A stretch of DNA of 64,000 nt from Acidobacteriota bacterium (lineage in GTDB: Bacteria; Acidobacteriota; UBA890; WLXD01), in contig CBDFKD010000002.1 in the NCBI GenBank assembly GCA_965248695.1, positions 5,013,201 through 5,077,200 of the forward strand, in the 5' to 3' direction. This document shows, in pieces, positions 49,753-58,382 of this stretch; the first letter of the stretch is position 1, and the number at the start of each line of letters is the position of its first letter. A model generated the notes under the pieces. The model saw nothing but the letters and a program-made list of their open reading frames with translations. It did no database searches and had not been told where the DNA came from. Made by a program: the position numbers and the translations under genes.

Positions 49753-50712
49753 CTATTTGCCTGCCACGGGCAGCGGCAGGCGCGACTGGATTGCCGTCAC
49801 TGCTGCTGCGGCGGCGGCGTGATGATTGTCCAGCAGAGCCCATAGCCAGCTGCCGCCGGTGTCGTCGTGGACATCACATACGTGGAGCCCGGAGCGACTG
49901 GCAACGCGCGCCGGCGAATCGATGATCTCACCATCGGCGTCGGTGGTGTCCACCAGGATTCCACCACTACGGAGCGTATCCCGCAGCTCATCGGCCGCCA
50001 CCCCACGAAGGTAGATGCTGGCCGCAGTACCGTGGAATACGGAAGCCCTCAGTGCCGTGAGAGCCGGCGCCGGAACTCCCAGGGCGGCGAGCTGCTGACG
50101 GATCGCTTCGGCGGCGCCCGCCGGCGGCGTGGCGTCGGGCCAGGTATCGAATGCGAGGCGGCGCCCGAAGGTCTCGTCCGTGCCGTCCCCGAAGTTGAGC
50201 ATTGCCGTGGCCTGCTTGGCCAGCTCCTCGGTGCCGGGGTCGGACAGCTCGGAGGCCGGAAGCATCAGGATTGCGACGCCGTTTGCGAGGCGCGCGCCGA
50301 TGCCGACCGACAGGGTGGCGAGCAGAAGCGTCCCAGCGTGCGGCACGGCGAGGAATCCGGTCGCTGCTGGACTGCCGGCCGCATCGATCAGCGTGACGTC
50401 TGCGGCGGAGGCGTGGGCACCGGTGCAATCGATGACCGTGCCACCAGCGGCGACCACCACGGGCGCGAACCGCTGCGTGGCTCCTGGATCACCACAGAAA
50501 CACACCAGCCCATGCTGGCGTAGGGAGTCCTCGCCGGCCTCCAGAACGACGCGGGCCTCGTTGCTGTACTTGGTTACCAGGCCGATCTGGTCTTCTAGAT
50601 CGAGGAGCTCGATGGCGCCGCCCGGGTAGCCGACCTGGGCGAGCATGTCCTTCAGGTCGCCGCCAAGGACGCTCGAGGAGCCTACCAAGGCCAGCGTTGC
50701 AGATGCACTCAT
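49753..50712 (-). CDS. Semialdehyde dehydrogenase (Asd/ArgC-like) family protein
   Basis: N-terminal ALVGSSSVLGG NAD-binding-like segment and a C-terminal dimerisation-like region. Weak assignment. Confidence 0.4.
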   Translation of the reverse strand: MSASATLALVGSSSVLGGDLKDMLAQVGYPGGAIELLDLEDQIGLVTKYSNEARVVLEAGEDSLRQHGLVCFCGDPGATQRFAPVVVAAGGTVIDCTGAHASAADVTLIDAAGSPAATGFLAVPHAGTLLLATLSVGIGARLANGVAILMLPASELSDPGTEELAKQATAMLNFGDGTDETFGRRLAFDTWPDATPPAGAAEAIRQQLAALGVPAPALTALRASVFHGTAASIYLRGVAADELRDTLRSGGILVDTTDADGEIIDSPARVASRSGLHVCDVHDDTGGSWLWALLDNHHAAAAAAVTAIQSRLPLPVAGK

Positions 50713-50745
50713 GCCTTGGTGAGCAGCCTTGTCGAGATCAGGACG

Positions 50746-50982
50746 TCAGTGTCCGATCTTGGCGAACTCCGTGTCGCGCGCCAACAGCGCCATGCGATCT
50801 TTGACCAGGAGCTTGCGCTTCTTGACGACGCTTTCTTCGAACCAATCCTGCTGGGTAAAAGGTCTTCGGTTGGCAATCTGCTCGAGTTGTTGCTCATACT
50901 GTCGATGCTCTTCATCCAAGCGCCTGAGTTCGTCGTCAGAGTTCGTCAGGCAGGCCCGGTGTTCGGTCTCGAGCAGCTCCAT
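50746..50982 (-). CDS. DUF465 (YdcH-like) family protein
   Basis: 78 aa. HRQYEQQLEQI...KRKLLVKDRMALL pattern. Confidence 0.5.
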   Translation of the reverse strand: MELLETEHRACLTNSDDELRRLDEEHRQYEQQLEQIANRRPFTQQDWFEESVVKKRKLLVKDRMALLARDTEFAKIGH

Positions 50983-51047
50983 ACCTATCCTCCTTGTTGC
51001 AGGTTGGAAGGCTGAGTCGCGCTATCGTACCACGCAGCCAGCCGGCC

Positions 51048-51800
51048 TCAATTCGAGTCTCGTGCCGTCGCATCGCTCTCCCGCCGCGCGGCAGTCTCGG
51101 CCATCTCGCGTAAGGGTGAGGGGCCGGGCACTGCGTCAGCTGGACGGATGTAAAAAGGCGCCAGGGCCGGCAGGCTGGCTGCGGCAGCGCGGGCTGCCAG
51201 CGTTGCAACGGCGATCGCCAGGGGCGCAGTATCCACCGGCCGCGTAGCCCCCACGAGGCGATCGTCGATCCGCGCACCGCTGCCCGCCGACACCGGTCGA
51301 ATGTCCTCGATCCGGGCGATCAGCTCGGGGGGCGTCACTAGCGCAGGGCCCCACTCGAAAGACATCCCGGCGGCCGGGAGGCTTTCGGCTGCGCTCAGTG
51401 CCGCGTAGAGCTGGCCGCGCCGCGCGTCGACCACCGCCAGCACCTGACCGGCGGCAGACTCGGCTGCCATGCCGGTCGCCTCGACCAAGGCCTCGAGCGT
51501 CGTAACGCCGACGGTGGCGGCGCCGATGCCCCTGGCCAGCCCAGCCGCCGTAGCGATGCCGACGCGAATTCCCGTGAAGGTCCCCGGGCCGATGCTGGAG
51601 GCAATGCGGTCGAGCTGTGCCAACGACAACCCAGCGGTCTCGAGGACGGATTCGATGCCATCGAGGATCCACGCGTCCGTCTGCGGCCCGAAGGGCCCGG
51701 TGGTGCTGGCGAGCACCTCACCACCGCGCACCAAGGCGACGCTGGCCGGTGGTGTGGCCGCGTCCAGGCCGAGGACGACAGGGCTCGACGATTCGGTCAT
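51048..51800 (-). CDS. tsaB: tRNA threonylcarbamoyladenosine biosynthesis protein TsaB (YeaZ)
   Basis: VLGLDAATPPASVALVRGGEVL...IGPGTFTGIRVGIATAAGLA. The upstream part of the track ORF is antisense to mutS. Confidence 0.7.
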   Translation of the reverse strand: MTESSSPVVLGLDAATPPASVALVRGGEVLASTTGPFGPQTDAWILDGIESVLETAGLSLAQLDRIASSIGPGTFTGIRVGIATAAGLARGIGAATVGVTTLEALVEATGMAAESAAGQVLAVVDARRGQLYAALSAAESLPAAGMSFEWGPALVTPPELIARIEDIRPVSAGSGARIDDRLVGATRPVDTAPLAIAVATLAARAAAASLPALAPFYIRPADAVPGPSPLREMAETAARRESDATARDSN

Positions 51801-51911
51801 CGTGCTCGGACCCGGACGACGGGCGCGGCGGTGGTTTGCGGCATGCGTGGTAACCTTCCGCTCCCGCTGCGATGCCGGCTCGGGCGCCCCGCCGCTACTG
51901 CATAAAGGATC

Positions 51912-54542
51912 ATGGCCGAAGCGTCGTCTCCGATGATGCGGCAGTACCATCGCATCAAAGCATCTCATCCCGATGCCATTCTGTTTTTCCGGCTCGGCGA
52001 TTTCTACGAGATGTTCTTCGATGATGCCGAGCTTGCCAGCGGGGTCCTGGATATTACCTTGACCGCTCGCGGCCGCGGTACGGCCAACGAAGCACCGATG
52101 TGCGGCGTCCCTCACCACAGCGCCGACGGCTACCTGGCGCGGTTGCTCGAAGCCGGTCACAAGGTCGCCATCGCCGAGCAGGTGGAAGAGGCGGCAAAGG
52201 CCAAAGGCATGGTGCGTCGCGAGGTCGTGCGTGTGCTGACGCCTGGCACCGTGGTCGAAGAAGATCTGCTCGACAGTCGCCGCAACAACTACGTGATCGC
52301 GGTGAGCGAACCCGGCGATAGGGTGGGCGTCGCGGCTCTGGACGTCTCCACCGGGGAGTTCATCGTTGCCGAGTTCGACGGCGAGAACCGCTTCATGCGC
52401 GCCCGCGAGGAGATCGGGCGCTGGGCACCGAGCGAGATCTGCCACGCCGAGTCGGACAATCCAGCCGCCTGGCTGGTACCCGAGGATCCGAGCCTGCCGA
52501 CGGTGCAGGGAATCCGCACCTGGAGCCCGTTAGCAGACTGGAATTTCGATACGGAGCGCGCTCGAGTAGGGCTGTGTGAGCACTTCGCCGTTGCGACGCT
52601 CGACGGGTTCGACCTCGGCGACTGCGATGCCGGTGTGGCGGCTGCTGGCGCCCTGCTGCGGTACGCCTCGGAGGAGAGTCACAAGGCGCCGTTGGGCCAT
52701 GTTCGATCGATGCGCCGCTATCGCGGTCGCGACGTGCTGCAGCTCGACGATGTCACGCGGCGATCGCTCGAGCTCACCGCGTCGTGGCAGCAGGGCGGGC
52801 GTGAGGGCTCGCTGTTGGCAGTGCTCGATCGGTCGGCGACCGCGATGGGTGGACGCCGGCTGCGACAGTGGCTGCTGCGGCCACTGCGCGATCCACAGTT
52901 GATCGATGCGCGCCTCGAAGTAGTGGACCGTCTGGTGTCAGCCGTGCGATTACGTGACGGTATTCGTGACGCGCTGCGGGCGGTGCATGACCTCGAACGC
53001 CTCACGACGCGGATCACGATCGGCTCGGCCACTCCACGCGACCTGTATGCGCTGCGAACCTCGCTCGAGGCGCTGCCCGCGGTCGTGGACGGGCTCGGTG
53101 AGCTGACAGGCGCGCGGCTAGGCAATGAGTTGGCCGGGCGGCTCGATCGGTGCGAAGACATCGCCCACACCGTGGCCGCCCGTCTGGTGGACGAGCCGCC
53201 TGTCAGCCTCGGCGCTGGCGAGGTGATGCGCGAAGGCTGTGACGCGCAGCTGGATGTGCTGCGGCGCTCGCGGGCGGAGGGCAAAGGGTTCATCGCCTCG
53301 CTCGAGGCGACGGAGCGCGAGCGCACCGGCATCGCGTCGCTCAAGGTGCGTTTCAACAAAGTGTTCGGCTACTTCATCGAGGTGTCCAAGGCGAATCTCG
53401 CCAAGGTTCCGGACAACTACCATCGCAAGCAGACGCTCACCAACGCCGAGCGCTTCATTACTCCGGAGCTCAAGGAATTCGAGGAGACCGTGCTCGGTGC
53501 CGAGGACAAGATTGCGGCACTTGAGCTGGAGCTATTCGGCGCACTGCGACAGGAGATCGGCGCTGAGGCGGAAAGGCTACGGCGCACGGCCGACGTGCTC
53601 GCCAGCCTCGACGCGCTGGCGGCGCTGGCGGATGGTGCCGCGCGAGCCGGATGGGTGCGGCCAGTAGTTGACGATGGGCTCGTCCTGGAGGTTCACGGCG
53701 GGCGGCATCCTGTGGTCGAGGCGTTACAACCCGACGTGCGCTTCACGCCGAACGACGCCTATCTGGACGGCGCCGAGCATCGCATCAAGCTGGTCACCGG
53801 ACCCAACATGGGCGGCAAGTCGACGTACTTGCGCCAGGTTGCGTTGATCGTGATTCTGGCGCAGATGGGGAGCTTCGTCCCGGCCGAGGCGGCTCGTGTC
53901 GGTGTCGTTGATCGAGTGTTCACGCGTGTCGGGGCGAGCGACAATCTGGCACGGGGCGCCTCGACGTTCCTGGTGGAGATGCAGGAAACTGCCAACATCC
54001 TGAACAACGCCACGCCGCGCAGCCTTATCCTGCTCGACGAGGTGGGGCGAGGCACGAGCACCTACGATGGCCTGTCGATTGCGTGGGCGGTGATAGAGCA
54101 TTTGCACGACACTGCCGAGCTCGCCTCACGCACCTTGTTTGCGACTCACTATCACGAGCTGACGGAGCTGGAGGAGCGTCTGGGCGGGCTTACCAACCTG
54201 AGTGTTGCCGTACATGAGTCCGGCGCCGGGGTGGTCTTCTTGCATCGAGTCGAGTCGGGGGCCGCGGACCGATCGTACGGTATCCATGTGGGGCGACTCG
54301 CGGGGCTGCCGTTACCCGTGGTGGCGCGGGCTGAAGAGATTCTCGCGCAGCTCGAAGGACACGAGAAAGGGGTGCCGGAACCTCGGGAAAGCGGGCGTAG
54401 CGCGCCGCAGATGAGCCTCTTCGCGCCGCAGCACCCGCTGACCGACGCGCTGGCCCAGCTGCAGCCGGAATCGATGACGCCGTTGGAGGCGCTGCAACTG
54501 CTGAGTCGCTGGAAGCAGAAGTACGGCGCCGAACCGGATTGA
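51912..54542 (+). CDS. mutS: DNA mismatch repair protein MutS
   Basis: 876 aa. Mismatch-binding N-terminus (RLGDFYE). Walker A GPNMGGKST. Walker B LILLDEVGRGTSTYDG. C-terminal HTH. Confidence 0.95.
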   Translation: MAEASSPMMRQYHRIKASHPDAILFFRLGDFYEMFFDDAELASGVLDITLTARGRGTANEAPMCGVPHHSADGYLARLLEAGHKVAIAEQVEEAAKAKGMVRREVVRVLTPGTVVEEDLLDSRRNNYVIAVSEPGDRVGVAALDVSTGEFIVAEFDGENRFMRAREEIGRWAPSEICHAESDNPAAWLVPEDPSLPTVQGIRTWSPLADWNFDTERARVGLCEHFAVATLDGFDLGDCDAGVAAAGALLRYASEESHKAPLGHVRSMRRYRGRDVLQLDDVTRRSLELTASWQQGGREGSLLAVLDRSATAMGGRRLRQWLLRPLRDPQLIDARLEVVDRLVSAVRLRDGIRDALRAVHDLERLTTRITIGSATPRDLYALRTSLEALPAVVDGLGELTGARLGNELAGRLDRCEDIAHTVAARLVDEPPVSLGAGEVMREGCDAQLDVLRRSRAEGKGFIASLEATERERTGIASLKVRFNKVFGYFIEVSKANLAKVPDNYHRKQTLTNAERFITPELKEFEETVLGAEDKIAALELELFGALRQEIGAEAERLRRTADVLASLDALAALADGAARAGWVRPVVDDGLVLEVHGGRHPVVEALQPDVRFTPNDAYLDGAEHRIKLVTGPNMGGKSTYLRQVALIVILAQMGSFVPAEAARVGVVDRVFTRVGASDNLARGASTFLVEMQETANILNNATPRSLILLDEVGRGTSTYDGLSIAWAVIEHLHDTAELASRTLFATHYHELTELEERLGGLTNLSVAVHESGAGVVFLHRVESGAADRSYGIHVGRLAGLPLPVVARAEEILAQLEGHEKGVPEPRESGRSAPQMSLFAPQHPLTDALAQLQPESMTPLEALQLLSRWKQKYGAEPD

Positions 54543-55681
54543 CGATGAATCTGGCGCTCGGGCTGATATCGGGGACTTCGATGGACGGCATCGACGTGGC
54601 ACTCATCGGCTGCGATGGCGGTGCCGCGGCGTTGCCGACGCTTGCCGGCTTCCGAACGCAGCCGTACGAGCCGGGATTGAGCGCCGAGCTGCGCCTGTGC
54701 CAGGAACACGGTGACATCGCCCACCTGGCGCGATTGAACGTCGCCGTCGGTGAGGCCTTCGCCGACGCTGCGCTCGCTCTGCTCGATGAGCTCTCAGTGA
54801 GTGCCGAAGAGGTGTGCTGCATCGGCTCCCACGGCCAGACTCTGGTGCACCTTCCGGAGGCAGTCGAGGTCGGCGGCCAGGTGGTGCGCGCGACGCTGCA
54901 GATCGGCGACGCTGCGGTTATCGCGGCACGCACCGGCATTCCGACGGTGGCGGATTTCCGCTCGATGGACATGGCTCTGGGTGGAGAGGGAGCCCCGCTG
55001 GTGCCATTGCTCGACTGGCGCCTGTATCGCCACGCCAGCCGTGGGCGCGTGCTGTTGAACATCGGCGGGGTAGCGAACGTCACCGGGCTGTCGCCAGACG
55101 CGCCGCTCGAGTCGGTGATCGCCTTCGATACCGGGCCCGGCAATGCGCTGCTCGACGCGGTCGCGCGACAGCGGGACCTACCCGGCGGCATGGACGTCGA
55201 CGGGTCGCTGGCGGTATCCGGGCAGGTCGTCCCTGATCTGTTGGAAGTGCTGCTGGCCGACGGCTACTACGCCCGTACGCCGCCTAAGTCAGCCGACGCC
55301 AGACAGTTCGTGTCCCGCCTCGACGACGACACGGTCTCGCAGCTCGCCACTGCCGACGTCCTCGCCACGCTGGCGGAACTGACGGTAACCTCCGTGGCGG
55401 AAGCGGTGGATCGATGGCTTGCGCCCCACCAGCCGATCGACGAGGTGCTCGTGGCAGGCGGGGGATGCCACAATCGGGCCCTCATGCAGGGTCTCCGGGA
55501 GCGCTTCTCCAGCGTCGAACCGCTGCCAGCCGAAGACGGGATTGCGCCCGACGCGAAGGAAGCGGCAGCCTTCGCCGTGCTGGCGCTGGAGACACTCGCC
55601 GGGCGCCCGGGAAATGTTCCGAGCGCCACCGGTGCGTCGAAGGCGGCGGTGCTCGGAACGGTCACTAGGCCACCCGGATAG
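54539..55681 (+). CDS. anmK: Anhydro-N-acetylmuramic acid kinase
   Basis: GLISGTSMDGIDVAL N-terminus. ASKHA-fold motifs. 380 aa. Confidence 0.8.
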   Translation: MTMNLALGLISGTSMDGIDVALIGCDGGAAALPTLAGFRTQPYEPGLSAELRLCQEHGDIAHLARLNVAVGEAFADAALALLDELSVSAEEVCCIGSHGQTLVHLPEAVEVGGQVVRATLQIGDAAVIAARTGIPTVADFRSMDMALGGEGAPLVPLLDWRLYRHASRGRVLLNIGGVANVTGLSPDAPLESVIAFDTGPGNALLDAVARQRDLPGGMDVDGSLAVSGQVVPDLLEVLLADGYYARTPPKSADARQFVSRLDDDTVSQLATADVLATLAELTVTSVAEAVDRWLAPHQPIDEVLVAGGGCHNRALMQGLRERFSSVEPLPAEDGIAPDAKEAAAFAVLALETLAGRPGNVPSATGASKAAVLGTVTRPPG

Positions 55682-55766
55682 CGGCGTATCGAGGCGGATT
55701 TCGTGGCCAGAGCCAACCTGGGGTGCGTGGTACCATCGAGGCTTCCGCAGCCCCAGGAGGTGGGCG

Positions 55767-56747
55767 ATGCCTGCTCTCGAGCCAACGCCGTACATGTGGC
55801 ACAACGGCAAGCTGATCCCGTGGGCCGAAGCGACGGTTCACGTCGGTACCCACGCGCTGCACTACGGCTCTTCGGTATTCGAAGGAATCCGCTGCTACAA
55901 GACCGAGCGCGGCCCGGCGGTCTTCCGCCTGCCGGAGCACGCCCGCCGTCTGGTTGACTCGGCGCGCATCTATAGGATGGATCTCGACTACGACGCCGAG
56001 CAGCTGGCCGAGGCCTGTCTGGAGACCATCCGTGCCAACGAGATGGAGCACTGCTACATCCGCCCGATCACGTTTCGCGGCTACCATTCGCTCGGCGTCG
56101 ACCCGCTCCCGTGCCCGCTCGAGACGTACATCATGGTGTGGGAGTGGGGCGCCTATCTCGGGGAGGAAGCGCTCGAGTCGGGCGCCGATCTGAAGGTGTC
56201 GTCGTGGAATCGGATGGCTCCCAACACGCTGCCCTTCATGGCCAAGGCCGGCGCCAATTACATGAACTCGCAGCTCGTGAAGATGGAGGCGCTTTCGGAG
56301 GGCTTCGCCGAGGCGATCGCGCTGACTCCCGATGGGTTGGTGTCGGAAGGCAGCGGCGAGAACGTCTTCATCGTTCGCGACGAGATCGTTCACACTCCCA
56401 GCACGGCGGCGTCGATTCTCCCCGGGATCACCCGTGATTGCGTCATCACGCTCGCCCGCGACCTCGGCTTCGAGGTGCGCGAAACTGCCATCCCCCGCGA
56501 GATGCTGTACGTCGCTGACGAAGTCTTCATGAGCGGGACGGCCGCCGAGATCACGCCGGTCCGATCGATCGATCGCATCCAGATCGGGGCTGGCCAGCGC
56601 GGTCCGGTGACGGCTCAGATCCAGCGGCACTTCTTCGAAATCGTTCAGGGGCGAACGGACGATCTGTACGGCTGGCTGACGGCAGTGTACCCGGATGCTG
56701 GCGATCCACGCGCGGAGGCAATGGCGGGCGAGAGCTCGGTGGCCTGA
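55767..56747 (+). CDS. ilvE: Branched-chain amino acid aminotransferase
   Basis: ATG at 55767 with RBS AGGAGG. HALHYGSSVFEGIRCY. EGSGENVFIV. PGITRD. Confidence 0.85.
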   Translation: MPALEPTPYMWHNGKLIPWAEATVHVGTHALHYGSSVFEGIRCYKTERGPAVFRLPEHARRLVDSARIYRMDLDYDAEQLAEACLETIRANEMEHCYIRPITFRGYHSLGVDPLPCPLETYIMVWEWGAYLGEEALESGADLKVSSWNRMAPNTLPFMAKAGANYMNSQLVKMEALSEGFAEAIALTPDGLVSEGSGENVFIVRDEIVHTPSTAASILPGITRDCVITLARDLGFEVRETAIPREMLYVADEVFMSGTAAEITPVRSIDRIQIGAGQRGPVTAQIQRHFFEIVQGRTDDLYGWLTAVYPDAGDPRAEAMAGESSVA

Positions 56748-56757
56748 GGACAGCGAC

Positions 56758-57879
56758 ATGGATCTCGATACCCTTCTCTGGGAGGCTGTTGATCGTGGTG
56801 CCTCCGATCTCCACCTGCGAGCCGGTAGTCCACCGATGCTCCGTGTCGACGGCGAGATCGAGCCGGTAGACGAAGAGCAGGCGCTGACGTCGGCAGATAC
56901 CGCCGCCGTGGCGAAGGAAATCCTCAAGGACCACCACGTCAACCTGGAGGCCATGCGGGAGGTCGACGTCGGCTACGCGGTTCGGGAGTTGGGCCGCTTT
57001 CGCGTCAACTTGTTCACCAACAGCGGCCAGGTCGGCATCGTGCTGCGGATCATGCCGCCGGAACCGCTCGGACTGGACGAGCTCAACCTGCCCCCGGTAC
57101 TGGCCAAGGTCGCCAGCGAAAACCGCGGGCTCGTGCTGGTAACCGGCGTAACCGGCAGCGGTAAGTCGACCACCCTGGCCGCGATGATCGACCATATCAA
57201 TCGCAATCGGTGCCGCCACATCATCACGATCGAGGATCCGATCGAGTACGTTCACATCGACAGAAACAGTCTGATCACACAACGTCAGCTCGGACTCGAC
57301 ACCAACTCGTTTGCCGACGCGTTGCGCGCAGCGCTGCGGCAGGATCCGGACGTGATCCTCATCGGTGAGATGCGCGACCGCGAGACCATCGATGCGGCGG
57401 TGCTCGCCGCCGAGACCGGCCACCTGGTGTTCTCGACACTGCACACGGTCGACGCGCCGGAAACCCTCAACCGCATCCTGTCGACATACCCGCCGTACCA
57501 GCAGGAGCAGGTACGTACCCAGCTGGCGGATGTCCTCCGGTCCGTCATCTCACAGCGGCTCTTGACGCGTATCGACGGCGAGGGGCTAGTGCCGGCGGTC
57601 GAGGTGTTGATCAACTCGAAGTTCGTTTCCGAGTGCATCCGCGACGTCAAGCGAGCGCAGAAGATCCGCGACGCGATGAGCGAGGGAGGGGAGCGATACG
57701 GGATGCAGACGTTCGATCAGTCGATCCTCTCGCTTTGTCAACGCGAGCTCATCTCCGAGGAGGTCGCCGTGGCCGCCGCTACGGTGCCGAGCGATCTGAA
57801 GTTGCAGCTGCGCGGCATCGTTTCGGGGATCGACCCCGGACGCGGTGGTCAGGGGAGCGGCTCGACACGGTCCGGTTGA
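56758..57879 (+). CDS. pilT: Type IV pilus twitching-motility ATPase PilT
   Basis: Walker A GVTGSGKSTTLAAM. IITIEDPIEY. ILIGEMRD. AHLVFSTLHT-like motif. Confidence 0.85.
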   Translation: MDLDTLLWEAVDRGASDLHLRAGSPPMLRVDGEIEPVDEEQALTSADTAAVAKEILKDHHVNLEAMREVDVGYAVRELGRFRVNLFTNSGQVGIVLRIMPPEPLGLDELNLPPVLAKVASENRGLVLVTGVTGSGKSTTLAAMIDHINRNRCRHIITIEDPIEYVHIDRNSLITQRQLGLDTNSFADALRAALRQDPDVILIGEMRDRETIDAAVLAAETGHLVFSTLHTVDAPETLNRILSTYPPYQQEQVRTQLADVLRSVISQRLLTRIDGEGLVPAVEVLINSKFVSECIRDVKRAQKIRDAMSEGGERYGMQTFDQSILSLCQRELISEEVAVAAATVPSDLKLQLRGIVSGIDPGRGGQGSGSTRSG

Positions 57880-58358
57880 GCCCCAAGCACAAGCGCACGG
57901 CGTTTGCCGACGCACTGCGGATCATCGGCCTTCGCGATCTGTCGCAGCGTCGACTCCGAGAGAAGCTGTTGGCGCGCGACTACGCCCCGGACGAGGTCGA
58001 TGCCGCGGTGGCGCGTTGTGTCGAGCTCGGCTATGTCAACGATCACTCGTTCGGAGTCGACCGTGCAGGTGCGGTTCTCCGGCGGCGGCCGTGCGGTCGG
58101 TTGGGGCTACAGCGTGACTTGCAGCGACAGGGTCTGCCTCGGACAATGATCAACCGGGTGGTCGATGAGGCCTACGAAGAGGCTGGTGGTGAGCATGCCG
58201 TGCTTGCCGATGCCGTGCGTCGGTGGATAGAGCGTAACGGCGACCCGGTCGATTGGCCGGCCATCCGTCGGTGCTCGACTCACCTTGGGCGGCGTGGTTT
58301 CGCGGGGGGCGACGTCCAAGCGGCGCTTTCCCATTGGTTAGCGGCCTGTAGCAGATGA
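57876..58358 (+). CDS. recX: Regulatory protein RecX
   Basis: ~160 aa of RecX-like tri-helical repeats (ALRIIGLRDLSQRRLREKLLARDY...). Putative TTG start overlaps the pilT stop; the track ORF is longer. Confidence 0.55.
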   Translation: MSPKHKRTAFADALRIIGLRDLSQRRLREKLLARDYAPDEVDAAVARCVELGYVNDHSFGVDRAGAVLRRRPCGRLGLQRDLQRQGLPRTMINRVVDEAYEEAGGEHAVLADAVRRWIERNGDPVDWPAIRRCSTHLGRRGFAGGDVQAALSHWLAACSR

Positions 58359-58382
58359 TGTGACCACCGGAGGGCAGCTTCC

